From assembly GCA_963666285.1 (NCBI GenBank), contig OY762711.1: a stretch of DNA of 64,000 bases; one strand, 5' to 3'. Positions 1-10,068 of this stretch are shown in pieces (the stretch's first letter is position 1; every line of letters starts with the position of its first letter). The stretch is from Sedimentisphaerales bacterium. GTDB taxonomy: Bacteria; Planctomycetota; Phycisphaerae; Sedimentisphaerales; SM23-30. Made by a program: the position numbers and the translations under genes. The notes beneath the pieces were generated by a model. The model saw only the letters and a program-made list of their open reading frames with translations. It was not told where the DNA came from and ran no database searches.

Positions 1-116
1 TATCGAATTATTGGTGAGTAAATTTTAGCTTATAAAGAACTTAAATAATAATATATAGGATGGACAGTGTGGGCAGTTTGGCGAGCAAGACGTCGAAATA
101 TGTCCACCCTACGAAT

Positions 117-1598
117 ATGCGATTAGATATATCACAACAGATGAAGACCGAGCAGCGTATGATGCTGGCGCCGCGGATGATCCAGTCGATGGAGATTCTG
201 CAGCTGCCGATGCTGGCGTTGCAGGAGCGAATCCAGCAGGAGCTGCTGAGTAACCCGACGTTGGAGATGGAAGATCCGGTTGAGTCCGGCGATATCTCTG
301 ATGCCGAGATTGCCGATAGTTATGATACTTATGACGATGAGGCCGACCTGGTAGTGAAAGAGGATAATAGTAAGGCCGAATCGTTCGAGCGTCTGGAGCG
401 TCAGGATGACGACTATTATGACTACCTGGAGCGCAGCGATTATGTGAGTAAGGGCCGGAGCGGTAGTGATGACGATATTGACCGCAAGATGGATGCGATG
501 AGTAATACGGCGGCGCCTGGTAAGAATCTGCTGGACTTTCTGCACGAGCAGTGGCTGTTTGTCGAGTGTGAGCCGGTGGTACATGAGATCGGTTTGAAGA
601 TAATAGATCTGATCGATAATAACGGTTATCTGTCGGTGCCGCTGGAGAAGATTCGCGAGCAGCTTGAATTTGAGGTTAGCGATCAGCAGCTGGAGGCGGC
701 GATAAAGCAGGTGCAGACCATGGAGCCGCTGGGTGTTGGCGCGCGCGATTTTATCGAGTGTCTGAGTATTCAGCTGCTGGCGGATAAGGTTGACCGGAGC
801 CTGGAGCTGGATATTTTGACGAAGTATCTGAAGGAGATCGAGCTGAACCATTATCCGCAGGTTGCCAAGGCGTTGAAGTGTGATGTCGACGATTTGAAGG
901 ATGCGATCAAGAATATTTCGCGGCTGGACCCGCGGCCCGGATTGCAGTACAGCAACCAGCAGGCGAGCTATATCTCACCGGAGATAATAATAGAGTATGA
1001 TGAGGATAATGATGTATACTCGGCGCGGCTGGCGGACGGGAGTATGCCGATACTGAAGATTAACAGCGAGTATGAGCAGATGCTGAAGAACCGGCATGTG
1101 AGCGGTAGCGACCGAGAGTTTCTGCAGAAGAATATCCGTTCGGCATCGTGGATAATTGATGCGGTTCAGCAGCGTAAGGCGACTTTGCTGAAGGTTGTTA
1201 ATATTGTTTTGAAGACTCAGAAGGATTTTTTTAGTGCCGGGGCGCAGGCTTTGAAGCCGCTGCCGATGGTGGATGTGGCGAAGGAGCTTGGTATTCATGT
1301 TGGTACGGTATCGCGTGCGGTATCTGAGAAGTATGTTCAGACTCCGATCGGGATTTATCCATTGCGATATTTCTTTACCAGTGGTAAGCAGAACGCCGAC
1401 GGCGAGAGTATGAGCTGGGATGCGATCCGGGCGAAGATGCAGGAGCTGGTCGATAGCGAGAATAAGAAGAAGCCGCTGAACGATGAGAAGCTGGCGGCGG
1501 AATTGAAAAAGAACGGGATAACGATCTCGCGCAGGACGGTAGCGAAGTATCGGGATATAATGAATATTCCGCCGGCGAGGAAGAGGAAGGAGTTTTGA
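117..1598 (+). CDS. rpoN: RNA polymerase sigma-54 factor
   Basis: Q/L-rich region I (MIQSMEILQLP), HTH (TVSRA) and RpoN box SRRTVAKYR; ATG 117 preferred over ORF start 60. Confidence 0.97.
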   Translation: MRLDISQQMKTEQRMMLAPRMIQSMEILQLPMLALQERIQQELLSNPTLEMEDPVESGDISDAEIADSYDTYDDEADLVVKEDNSKAESFERLERQDDDYYDYLERSDYVSKGRSGSDDDIDRKMDAMSNTAAPGKNLLDFLHEQWLFVECEPVVHEIGLKIIDLIDNNGYLSVPLEKIREQLEFEVSDQQLEAAIKQVQTMEPLGVGARDFIECLSIQLLADKVDRSLELDILTKYLKEIELNHYPQVAKALKCDVDDLKDAIKNISRLDPRPGLQYSNQQASYISPEIIIEYDEDNDVYSARLADGSMPILKINSEYEQMLKNRHVSGSDREFLQKNIRSASWIIDAVQQRKATLLKVVNIVLKTQKDFFSAGAQALKPLPMVDVAKELGIHVGTVSRAVSEKYVQTPIGIYPLRYFFTSGKQNADGESMSWDAIRAKMQELVDSENKKKPLNDEKLAAELKKNGITISRRTVAKYRDIMNIPPARKRKEF

Positions 1599-1620
1599 TG
1601 ACTGCCGGGGGCAGGCATCA

Positions 1621-1674
1621 AAAGAGTGAAGAACTAAGAACTGAGAGTGAAGAGTTGAGGAAACGGCTTCGCCG
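1621..1674 (+). repeat. Purine-rich heptamer run (GAGTGAA-like) followed by CGGC-TTC-GCCG hairpin
   Basis: aagagtgaagaactaagaactgagagtgaagagttgagg...cggcttcgccg; same family as 3737, 4687, 8702, 11759. Confidence 0.6.
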
Positions 1675-1711
1675 AGGCTGATTAATTATTTAAGGGAGTC
1701 GATTATTCAAT

Positions 1712-2374
1712 ATGACAAATGAAATTGACAATCAAGCGAAAATGCCTGTGCCAAAAATTGATGTTGTGATTGCAATATTATTTGCTGCATCTTACGGTAT
1801 TTTATATTTTTCGTTATTTTCTTTTGTTTCTTCGGATATTGCTTTTGTTTATTTCCTGGCAGTTTTGGTTTCGTTGTCTTTGTGGCTGATAATGAGTGTT
1901 GTGATATTCTTTCGTTTTATAATTGTATCCTGCGGGCAAAAATACAGGGGGGCAAAGTGCAGGTGGTTATATGTTATCCTGTTAGCAGCCGTAATTTTAA
2001 GCTTTGTGATTACTGCAAATCCGGTTACAGATCCTAATTATGCCGGGATCAGATTTAAGACTTTAAGACTTGGCGGTGAGAAAAAGATAATTGCGCTTTG
2101 CAATAAAATCATGGAAATGCCAGTGAATGAAATTACAGAAGATGAGGGAGGTATATGGTTGTCAATTAAGCCTGATATTTATTCTGATGAATTGGATGGG
2201 GTTGCGAGATGCAGTCTTCTAAGAAGAGATAATATGAAGCTGATAGATGTTTATTATGGTGACAGCTGGTTTATGGGTGGGCGAGGAATAGTTGTTGGAG
2301 ATGAGGAATTAGTTAAGCGAATACAGAGAGATTCCTATGAGGTTAATGGGATATATTATTATGTACAAGATTAG
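1712..2374 (+). CDS. Hypothetical membrane protein (about 3 N-terminal TM segments)
   Basis: 220-aa ORF, hydrophobic N-half, visibly AT-richer than its neighbours. Confidence 0.7.
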   Translation: MTNEIDNQAKMPVPKIDVVIAILFAASYGILYFSLFSFVSSDIAFVYFLAVLVSLSLWLIMSVVIFFRFIIVSCGQKYRGAKCRWLYVILLAAVILSFVITANPVTDPNYAGIRFKTLRLGGEKKIIALCNKIMEMPVNEITEDEGGIWLSIKPDIYSDELDGVARCSLLRRDNMKLIDVYYGDSWFMGGRGIVVGDEELVKRIQRDSYEVNGIYYYVQD

Positions 2375-2698
2375 AGGCGACCTAGAGTGTTAAGTCGCTA
2401 AGTTGTTGTATTTTGATTGCAGGTGCTGGCTGATATGATAACAATCTTTCATGTTTTTGCTATTATTGTTACTATACTAATAGATGTGAATGCGTGGGGA
2501 TACTTTTCCAGCTATGGTATTGGTTTTGTGGTTGAAGGTTGACATCAGGGAGCGTAATGCTTAATATAAATGCCTGCCAGTATATGACCGCTTATTCAGA
2601 TTTTGGTATGGGTATCAGATCGGATAAGTGGTCTGTGTTTTTACACTTATGATAATAATTTATGCCGGGCTATAGCCGGCATTTTCAGGTTAAGCTAT

Positions 2699-3736
2699 AT
2701 GAAGATATTGATAATAGGTGATTTCAGGCGAGATATTCCGCAGTATATGATATGCCATGCGCGGATGTTTTCTAAGGGTTTTCTGCGTTGCGGACATGAC
2801 GTGATGGAGTGGAGCTATCGGGAAGCGATTTTGGGTAAGTCGTGGCTGAATAGTAAGAAGTGGGCGTTGAAGCAGGGTAAGGCGAAGGCGGATGAGAATC
2901 TGTACGAGATGGTGGAGCATTATCAGCCGGACGTAGTGTTTATGATTGAGTATCGGCTGCTGAAGGAAGATGTGGTTTTGAAGCTAAAGGATATGCTGCC
3001 GAAGAGTGTGTTTATGTTTTGGTATGGCGATCCGTATTTCGGTGAGACGGACTGGCGGGTGAATGATATAACGCGGCATTGCGACTGGTTCCTGGCGACT
3101 AGTGCCGGGCGGGTACTGGAGCATTATAAGGAAGATAATAAGGTTGCGAAGGCTGCGTTTCTGCCGCAGCCGTGTGATCCGGATATTCATTATCCGCATG
3201 AGGTTGCTGATAGGTGGAAGAGTGATATGCTGTTTACCGGAAAGCTTCAGCATGGCTCGCTGAAGATGTACGAGCAGGATGAGGATCGGCCGGCATTGAT
3301 AAAATATTTTATCGAGCATAATAATATGGCGATGTACGGCGATATGGGTTATCCGGGAGTGTGGGGTAAGGATTACCTGGACGCGATAGCGGGTACGAAG
3401 ATCGGGCTGAATATTAACGTTTGTAATGATGTTAGTAAGTATTATTCCAACCGGTTGATAAATTATCTGAGTAACGGAGCGTTTGTCTTGTCGGCGAAGG
3501 TGCCGAACGCGGAGCTGATGTTTGAGGATGGTAAGCACCTGGTATATTTCGATTCGCAGGAAGACTGTAAGGAGAAGGCGGGGTATTACCTTGGACATGA
3601 GGCAGAGCGTAAGGCGATAGCCGAGGCCGGTACGAGTCATGCGCATGGAGAGTATAACTGTACGAAAATTTCCAGTTATGTGATTGATATGATTGAGAAT
3701 GGGGATTATAGTCCGGAGTGGAAAGAGATAATATAA
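2699..3736 (+). CDS. CgeB-like glycosyltransferase (Glyco_trans_1_2 type)
   Basis: MKILIIG start, PCDPDIHYP, KIGLNI, YSNRLINYLSNGAFVLS, FEDGKHLVYF motifs. Confidence 0.85.
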   Translation: MKILIIGDFRRDIPQYMICHARMFSKGFLRCGHDVMEWSYREAILGKSWLNSKKWALKQGKAKADENLYEMVEHYQPDVVFMIEYRLLKEDVVLKLKDMLPKSVFMFWYGDPYFGETDWRVNDITRHCDWFLATSAGRVLEHYKEDNKVAKAAFLPQPCDPDIHYPHEVADRWKSDMLFTGKLQHGSLKMYEQDEDRPALIKYFIEHNNMAMYGDMGYPGVWGKDYLDAIAGTKIGLNINVCNDVSKYYSNRLINYLSNGAFVLSAKVPNAELMFEDGKHLVYFDSQEDCKEKAGYYLGHEAERKAIAEAGTSHAHGEYNCTKISSYVIDMIENGDYSPEWKEII

Positions 3737-3950
3737 ATAAGTGAAGAGTGAAGAATAAAAAAGTGTAAAGTGTAAAATAAAAAGAGTAAAGAAGGTGTCG
3801 CTTGCGCGACGGTTATTTTAAGCTGTCGCAAGGTGGGAGCCGGTTATTATATTGTTAGTTTTGGTATTCATAGTGGCATAAATGAGTGAAGAGTGAAGAA
3901 TAAAAAAGTGTAAAGTGTAAAATAAAAAGAGTAAAGAAGCTGTCGCAAGG
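3737..3950 (+). repeat. Two direct copies of a ~55-bp heptamer block (3740-3794, 3885-3939) with GTCGC-TTGC-GCGAC hairpin and AAGCTGTCGCAAGG tail
   Basis: agtgaagagtgaagaataaaaaagtgtaaagtgtaaaataaaaagagtaaagaag occurs twice; tail shared with 4687-4813. Confidence 0.85.
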
Positions 3951-4018
3951 GTTCTGTGTTCGTTTCGACTGTAAAACGACAAAGTGAGCCGAGATTAGGA
4001 GTTGGGTCGGCTCTTTGG

Positions 4019-4675
4019 TTAGTCGAGTGGGAACTGGGATTTCATGCGTTGGGCGATAGCAGGGTCGTGAGTGACGACGATGGTTGCGGAATTCTGCTTT
4101 TCGGCGAGTTTACAGATTAGCTCTATGACGGAGTCGGCGTTTTTTCGGTCGAGCGATCCGGTAGGTTCGTCTGCGAGCAGTAGATCGGGCTGGTTGATGA
4201 AAGCTCGTGCGAGCGCGACACGCTGGCATTGGCCGCCTGACATCTGGCCGGGGAAATAATCCGACCGGTCGGCGAGGTCGACCATGTTCAGTAGTTCAAG
4301 TGCGCGGTCGGTATCGGAGGTTGTAATATTATTATTGCCGGCGAGTACCGGGAGCAGCATGTTTTCTAGTACGGTGCATTGCGGCAGCAGATTATGGTCC
4401 TGGAAGACGATCCCGATATTGTTGCGTCGATATGATGCCTGCTGAGAATCAGAGAATTCCGCAATGTTCTGGTCTTTGAATATAACCTGGCCGGAAGTTG
4501 GTGTATCGAGGCATCCGATGATATTGAGCAGTGTGGTCTTGCCGCAGCCGCTGGGGCCGGTGACCGCGATCGAATCGCCGGAGTTAAGTTTGAGGTTAAT
4601 ATTTTGCAGGACCGGCTCGGCGGGTGAGTCGGCCGGTGCGGGATAACTTTTATTTAAGTTTATTAGCTCAAGCAT
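4019..4675 (-). CDS. ABC transporter ATP-binding protein, LolD/MacB-like
   Basis: Walker [38 protein letters not shown]. Confidence 0.92.
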   Translation of the reverse strand: MLELINLNKSYPAPADSPAEPVLQNINLKLNSGDSIAVTGPSGCGKTTLLNIIGCLDTPTSGQVIFKDQNIAEFSDSQQASYRRNNIGIVFQDHNLLPQCTVLENMLLPVLAGNNNITTSDTDRALELLNMVDLADRSDYFPGQMSGGQCQRVALARAFINQPDLLLADEPTGSLDRKNADSVIELICKLAEKQNSATIVVTHDPAIAQRMKSQFPLD

Positions 4676-4686
4676 GATAAACACCT

Positions 4687-4813
4687 AAATGAGTGAAGAA
4701 CGAAGAGTGAAGAGTTAATGTGTTCGTCCGCCTGAGGCGGACTCACAGCTTTTTTTAAAGCTGACGCAAGGTGGAAGCCGGTAATCTTATTGTTTGTTTT
4801 AGTATTCATAGTG
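4687..4813 (+). repeat. Dispersed repeat: AAATGAGTGAAG heptamers, GTCCGCC-TGA-GGCGGAC hairpin, TTTTAAAGCTGACGCAAGGT tail
   Basis: Tail 4755-4813 aligns with 3817-3874; head aligns with 8702-8722. Confidence 0.8.
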
Positions 4814-4819
4814 AGCGTG

Positions 4820-5104
4820 TTATATTGCCAGTCTTATACAGACGAAGATGAGTGCGATGGCGATCAGGATAATGAGAATCTTCGCTAGCATTTTACTTTT
4901 GACTGCGAATGTGCCGTGTTCGAGATAGCGGAACATTATATCGCCGCAATATGGGCAGCTGTCGTTATCTTCGTAAACTTGTTTGCCGCAGTTTGGGCAT
5001 TCCAGGACATGGTCGGAATATTTGACCGGGTCGGAATAGTCGTCCATGTCTTCGGGGTCTGGCCCGATGATGCCATCGTTGTCGTAATAATCGTCGTCGT
5101 TCAT
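4820..5104 (-). CDS. Small zinc-ribbon protein with C-terminal TM helix
   Basis: CPNC...CPYC, acidic N-terminus, hydrophobic C-terminus. Confidence 0.8.
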   Translation of the reverse strand: MNDDDYYDNDGIIGPDPEDMDDYSDPVKYSDHVLECPNCGKQVYEDNDSCPYCGDIMFRYLEHGTFAVKSKMLAKILIILIAIALIFVCIRLAI

Positions 5105-5106
5105 TT

Positions 5107-5165
5107 TAATAAGTAATAAGTAACAAGTAATAAGATATAAGTTAAGGTTGCTCGCTACGCTCGCG
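5107..5165 (+). repeat. TAATAAG heptamer tandem run plus GCTCGCTACGCTCGC motif
   Basis: taataag taataag taacaag taataag atataag ttaagg ttgctcgctacgctcgc. Confidence 0.6.
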
Positions 5166-5166
5166 G

Positions 5167-5919
5167 CTAATTTATTTTAGAGGCGAGGAGCTTATTGAGT
5201 AAGCCCATCACTTTACCAGGTCGGCCGGTGATTGCCCGTTTATGGTAGCAGAGCAGTCCGTGAGCCTTGATTATTATATCAAGCGGCAGGTTCGGCGGCA
5301 ACTGTCGATTGATAAGAGTGTTTATTACATTTATTTCACTAAGTCGCTTTTCCTGTATGCCCGGTGAGCAACCATCGCATATTATGCCGCCGGAAGAGCT
5401 GGAGAAGTATGGTTTTTCGATGTCTGAAGTGTCTATGCCGCAGGCAGAGCAGCGAGTGAGCTGGGGCATATGCCCGGTATTTTCGATTAGAAACCGCTCG
5501 TATGTAAGAATCGTGTGTTCGGTCGGCAGGTCGGCAGATTCCAGGTGGTGCAGTGCGGCAACGAATTTATCGAACAGCAGCGGGTGCGGGTCGAGGTCTT
5601 CGAGCATATCGGTGGTGAACTCAGCGAGGAATAGTGCTGCATTGAGAGCTAGCAGATCTTTACGCAGCCCTGGAAAAGACTGGTCGAGCGTGAAGTTTGT
5701 GAGGGTTGACAGTTCGCTGCTGCCGCGTGGTGTGATAAATCCTACTGTTCCGAGGTATAGCAGGTCGATACCGCCGGAGAACCCTGATTTTTCACGGCGT
5801 GAACCTTTGGCGATTGCTCGTATACGCCCGCGCTCGCGGCCGAACAGGGTAACGATCTGGCTGGATTCGGAATATGTGACTTTCCCGAGGCAGATAGCGA
5901 TGTCATTAAAATTTGGCAT
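5167..5919 (-). CDS. recO: DNA repair protein RecO
   Basis: YSESSQIVTLFGRERGRIRAIAKG, C-terminal CSAC...GGIICDGC zinc motif. Confidence 0.93.
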   Translation of the reverse strand: MPNFNDIAICLGKVTYSESSQIVTLFGRERGRIRAIAKGSRREKSGFSGGIDLLYLGTVGFITPRGSSELSTLTNFTLDQSFPGLRKDLLALNAALFLAEFTTDMLEDLDPHPLLFDKFVAALHHLESADLPTEHTILTYERFLIENTGHMPQLTRCSACGIDTSDIEKPYFSSSSGGIICDGCSPGIQEKRLSEINVINTLINRQLPPNLPLDIIIKAHGLLCYHKRAITGRPGKVMGLLNKLLASKIN

Positions 5920-6216
5920 GGATATTAATTTTATGGTGGGATGGGGTAGAAGGCAAGCGGTAATATTGAACCTGAGGGTAAGTAGAATGCTTTAAAAGCA
6001 AAAGGAAGCTAAGGCGGGGAGCCTCGCTTCCTTTGTCGCCAGTCCGACAAGCGGACTAAGCTAGTGTTGTATGGTTATTTCCAGAAACGATTCGGTATCG
6101 TTCTTTTTTCCAAATACAGCACATTTGTGCCGCACATTTTATCCGTTTGAAGTTTTCAGCCCCTTTCGTTTTCTCCGAGAAACCTTAAAGGATAAAATAT
6201 GCTCTACATAAGTAGT

Positions 6217-7107
6217 TTATTTGACTTCAAGTCTTTCGCGTGCCACCGGTTTCATTTTGGCCAGTGCCTCGTTTTGGATCTGCCTGACGCGTTCTTTGGT
6301 AAGTCCAAGTCTCTCTCCGACAGACTTCAAAGTCATTGGTTCGTTGTGTTCGGTTCCGATAGAAAATCTCATTTTCAGGATAGAACTTTCTGTCGAGTTG
6401 AGCCTGGCAAGGTTTTTATCAAATATAACCTTGAACTCATCCTGTAGATCGTCTTTCCAGATCCTGTTGGAGCGAATATCGTTGTCGTCCTTGTCGTGAG
6501 CGTTTTCCAGCTGGGTTGGGAACCGTTCGTTGTAAGTATAGCTCTGGCCGGCGGCACGGTAGAATCCTTTCAGGATCGCGTGGCAGGCGTAAGTGCTGAA
6601 TTTGAAACCTTTAGTGAAGTCGAACTTTTCAACAGCCCTTAGTAAGGCGACGCTTCCTTCGCTGACCAGGTCGGTGAAGTCAACTCCCTGATATTTGCTT
6701 TTGCGTGCCAGGGAAAGGACAAGGCCCATATTACCATTAACGATATTTGACCTGGAGTCCATCTGGTAACGGTATATTTCAAGCAGTTCTTTGATGGTTT
6801 CATCTTCCCAGTCTTTCTGGCGAAGAAGTTTTCTACGCAGCTGGCAAAGTCTGAACCTGGCATAGTTCATCTGCTTGAATAGTATTTTTTCCTGTTCAGG
6901 TGTGATTGTGCCGTCTATCGGGATTTCGACCTTATCTTTCAGAATTTCGCTGACCACTGTTGGCCGGTTGAATTCAGGAAGATCGATATAAGAGACGGTC
7001 ATTGTCAGGATTTTTTCTATCCTGCTCTGAATTGCAACAGGAAGGTTAGTATTTTCAATTTTCGCCCTAGTAATTTCAGTTATTGGTTTTGGTTGTTGTT
7101 TTTCCAT
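6217..7107 (-). CDS. Alternative sigma-70 family RNA polymerase sigma factor
   Basis: Region 2 (DLVSEGSVALLRAVEKFD..GFKFSTYA) and region 4 (TLKSVGERLGLTKERVRQIQNEAL). Confidence 0.93.
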   Translation of the reverse strand: MEKQQPKPITEITRAKIENTNLPVAIQSRIEKILTMTVSYIDLPEFNRPTVVSEILKDKVEIPIDGTITPEQEKILFKQMNYARFRLCQLRRKLLRQKDWEDETIKELLEIYRYQMDSRSNIVNGNMGLVLSLARKSKYQGVDFTDLVSEGSVALLRAVEKFDFTKGFKFSTYACHAILKGFYRAAGQSYTYNERFPTQLENAHDKDDNDIRSNRIWKDDLQDEFKVIFDKNLARLNSTESSILKMRFSIGTEHNEPMTLKSVGERLGLTKERVRQIQNEALAKMKPVARERLEVK

Positions 7108-7157
7108 TTTTAAAGCCTCCGTAACGTTTTTATTGTTATATTCCGTATATACAGAAA

Positions 7158-7173
7158 AGCAATAGGCGTGCCA
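7158..7173 (-). promoter_or_regulatory. Sigma-54 (-24/-12) promoter
   Basis: Minus strand reads TGGCAC-GCCTA-TTGCT, 50 nt upstream of the ATG at 7107. Confidence 0.85.
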
Positions 7174-7324
7174 GAAAATAAAACTATTCGTAAGTGGTTT
7201 TTTAATAAGGATTTAAGGTGATATGTTTTTGTTTTTATTTTTTAGAAAGTGTTTCATTTAATTTGTCTTTTGGGTATAGGTAAGGCTATAATATTGTGAT
7301 TTCAGGCGAAAAACGGCTGTTTAG

Positions 7325-7439
7325 TGTATCACTATGTTTAATGATACATTGATCAGGATTAAATGAGACATGTATTATTCGTAAGTGTGTTGTAGTAAAG
7401 AGTTTGCTTATTACTGTCTCATTTGTTGTGTCTGAGACA
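7325..7439. promoter_or_regulatory. Putative enhancer-binding-protein sites (TGTATCA-N10-TGATACA; TGTCTCA-N11-TGAGACA)
   Basis: Two related palindromes 150-270 bp upstream of the sigma54 promoter, extra half site at 7364-7370. Confidence 0.55.
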
Positions 7440-7857
7440 GGGCGGGTGTTTCACTAAATATTTGATTTTGGCTTATGTTAGCTGCTAAAAATAAATTAGT
7501 TACTATATTAGTGGTAAGAAGCTTGCGGATGCGGGTTAAAGAATAGCCGGCAGTTTGCGAAAGTGGGCGATTAGTTCGTTAGTTGGTAACAGCTTACGAA
7601 AGGAGTACAAAGAGGAAGTATATTTTTTGCAAAAAACTGCAAATTGCGGTATTATATTTGATTCAGCTGGAAGCAGGAAGTGAGAGGTCGGGGGCTTTTG
7701 GGGCGTTGCTACCGCGTGAGGCTGATTTAATTTTGCGGCCTTGATTTACGGCAGAGCCTGAAGTATGCCGGAAGCTGGTTTAGTTTGCCGGTTGTTGATT
7801 TTGAAAGTAGATAGAGAAAGATTTTATAATTAACTCACAGAATAAGGAAACAGCAAC

Positions 7858-8703
7858 ATGTGGGAATATACAGATAAAGTAAAGGATCATTTTTTTCATC
7901 CAAGAAATGTAGGAGAGATTGAAGAGCCGGATGGTGTTGGCGAGGTAGGGTCGCTTGCCTGCGGCGATGCGTTGAAGTTTACCTTTAAGCTGGATGAGAA
8001 TGGTAAGATTGCCGATGCGAAGTTTAAGACTTTCGGCTGCGGCAGTGCGGTAGCGACCTCTTCGGTTTTGACCGAGATGGTTAAGGGGCTGACACTGGAA
8101 GAAGCCGGCAAGATAACGAATAAGCAGATCGCGGAAGAGCTGGGCGGTTTGCCGGAACATAAGATGCATTGTTCGGTGATGGGTCGTGAAGCGCTGGAAG
8201 CGGCGATAGCATATTATAACAACGGCGGTGTGCCGATAGATCCAAAGCAGCTGGAAGGTGATGTTGTTTGTAACTGTTTTGGCGTGACCGAAAAAGAGAT
8301 CGTAGAAGCAGTAACAGAGAACGGGCTGGTTGACCTTGACGATGTAATGCACTATACCAAGGCCGGCGGTGCCTGCGGACATTGCAAGTCTGAGATTAAT
8401 GAGATACTACAGCGATTGAATAAGGAATCTGGCGTTTGTTTGGCTGCGGAGAAAGAGGCCGAGCCGCTAACGCTGGTGCAGAAGATAAAGCTAATCGAAA
8501 AGACCCTGGATGAAAAGGTTCGTCCGGCGCTGCAGGCAGACGGTGGAGATATAGAGTTGGTTGACATTGACGGTGATGTGGTGAAGGTTAAGCTCAAAGG
8601 AATGTGTGCGGGCTGTCCGGCGTCAGCGAATACGCTTAAAGGGCTGGTGCAGGTTAAGCTTCAGGATTATGTGGCGAAAGAGTTGATGGTAGAAGCGGTA
8701 TAA
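7858..8703 (+). CDS. nifU: Fe-S cluster scaffold NifU (IscU + BFD-like [2Fe-2S] + Nfu domains)
   Basis: GSLACGDAL, FGCGSA, KMHCSVMG, VCNCFGV..GGACGHC, DGGDIELV..GMCAGCP. Confidence 0.95.
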   Translation: MWEYTDKVKDHFFHPRNVGEIEEPDGVGEVGSLACGDALKFTFKLDENGKIADAKFKTFGCGSAVATSSVLTEMVKGLTLEEAGKITNKQIAEELGGLPEHKMHCSVMGREALEAAIAYYNNGGVPIDPKQLEGDVVCNCFGVTEKEIVEAVTENGLVDLDDVMHYTKAGGACGHCKSEINEILQRLNKESGVCLAAEKEAEPLTLVQKIKLIEKTLDEKVRPALQADGGDIELVDIDGDVVKVKLKGMCAGCPASANTLKGLVQVKLQDYVAKELMVEAV

Positions 8704-8792
8704 ATGAGTGAAGAGTTAATGTGACCTGATGTACGTTGACATCAGGAATAATTCGCTGTCGCTCACAACTTGTTTTAAAGCTGGCGCAAGGT
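8702..8792 (+). repeat. Dispersed repeat copy between nifU and nifS, with internal CCTGATGT..ACATCAGG hairpin
   Basis: aaatgagtgaagagttaatgtg...ctcacaacttgttttaaagctggcgcaaggt matches 4687-4772. Confidence 0.75.
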
Positions 8793-8858
8793 TTAAGTTT
8801 TTTCGCTAGTGACATTATTTTTGCAAAGTACATTTAATTAAAAGATAGCAGGACTATC

Positions 8859-10019
8859 ATGGCAGAAAATATATATTTTGACAATAACGCGACAACGGCT
8901 ATTGCACCTGAAGTATTTGAGGTGATGAAGCCGTTTCTGACAGAGAGATACGGTAATCCGTCGAGTATGCACAGTTTTGGCGGCGAAGTTCGGCGAGATG
9001 TCGATATTGCTCGAGAGCAGATAGCCGGGCTGCTTGGATGTTTGCCGGACGAGATAATATTTACCAGTTGCGGGACAGAGAGTAATAATATGGCATTGCG
9101 TGGTTTCTTGGACAGGAACGATAATTGCCGTCATATTATTACCAGTAAGGTGGAGCATCCAGCGATCCGGGAGACCTGCAAAGTTCTCCAGATGAAGGGT
9201 TATCGGCTGACAGAGCTGGGTGTTGACCATGACGGCAACCTGGATATGAACCAGCTGTCAGAGGCATTGAAAGATGGACCGGCGTTAGTTTCGATAATGT
9301 ATGCCAATAATGAGACTGGCGTTATTTTTCCGATCAAGGAAGTGAGCGAGATGGTACGCCATGCGGGCGGAACATTTCATACAGATGCCGTTCAGACAGT
9401 AGGTAAGATAGATTTTCAGATAAGCGATATGGCGATTGATATGCTGAGTCTGTCGGGCCATAAACTGCACGCTCCGAAAGGTATCGGGGTGTTATACGTT
9501 CGCAAGGGTCTGAAGCTGACACCGTATCTGACCGGCGGTCACCAGGAGCATGGCAGGCGCGGCGGTACCGAGAATGTTGCGAGTATTGTGGCGTTGGGTA
9601 AGGCATGTGAGCTTGCGGGCGAGAATATCGAGGAAGAGAATACCCGGGTGAAGGCTCTTCGAGATAAGCTGGAGAAAGGTATTTTGACAAACTGTCCAGA
9701 CAGTGTGGCAAACGGTCAGAATGCCGAGCGGCTGCCGAATACAACCAATATAGGTTTCAGCTATATCGAGGGAGAATCAATTTTGATGCAGCTGGACCAG
9801 ATAGGGATATCAGCGTCGAGCGGTTCGGCATGTTCGAGTGAATCTCTGGAGCCGAGTCATGTTTTGCAGGCGATGGGTGTGCCGTTTATTTCGATGCACG
9901 GTTCGATCAGGTTCAGTCTGAGCAGGTATAACACTGAAGAACAGGTAGATTACGCGATTGAGATAATACCACCGATAATTAAATACCTGCGTGATCTATC
10001 ACCGTTTGGCAAGAAATAG
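8859..10019 (+). CDS. nifS: Cysteine desulfurase NifS
   Basis: YFDNNATT, FHTDAVQ, SGHKLH (PLP lysine), SSGSACSS. Confidence 0.96.
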   Translation: MAENIYFDNNATTAIAPEVFEVMKPFLTERYGNPSSMHSFGGEVRRDVDIAREQIAGLLGCLPDEIIFTSCGTESNNMALRGFLDRNDNCRHIITSKVEHPAIRETCKVLQMKGYRLTELGVDHDGNLDMNQLSEALKDGPALVSIMYANNETGVIFPIKEVSEMVRHAGGTFHTDAVQTVGKIDFQISDMAIDMLSLSGHKLHAPKGIGVLYVRKGLKLTPYLTGGHQEHGRRGGTENVASIVALGKACELAGENIEEENTRVKALRDKLEKGILTNCPDSVANGQNAERLPNTTNIGFSYIEGESILMQLDQIGISASSGSACSSESLEPSHVLQAMGVPFISMHGSIRFSLSRYNTEEQVDYAIEIIPPIIKYLRDLSPFGKK

Positions 10020-10068
10020 GTAGAGGTAAAAGTGAGAGGTAAGAAGTAAAAGGTAAGAGGTGAGTTTT

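Noticed and set aside
132..3646. Long minus-strand ORFs (132-851, 2984-3646) and similar shadows elsewhere (5267-5995, 7780-8382, 33137-33883, 57612-58208)
   Set aside because: They overlap well-supported genes on the opposite strand and are explained by codon bias.
7491..7515. IscR/Rrf2-like core ACTATATTAGT upstream of nifU
   Set aside because: Only the AT-rich 11-bp core matches, the flanks do not, and it is about 350 bp from the start codon.
7858..10019. Nitrogen fixation cluster
   Set aside because: nifU-nifS alone form the NIF-type Fe-S assembly system common in anaerobes; no nifHDK in the window.
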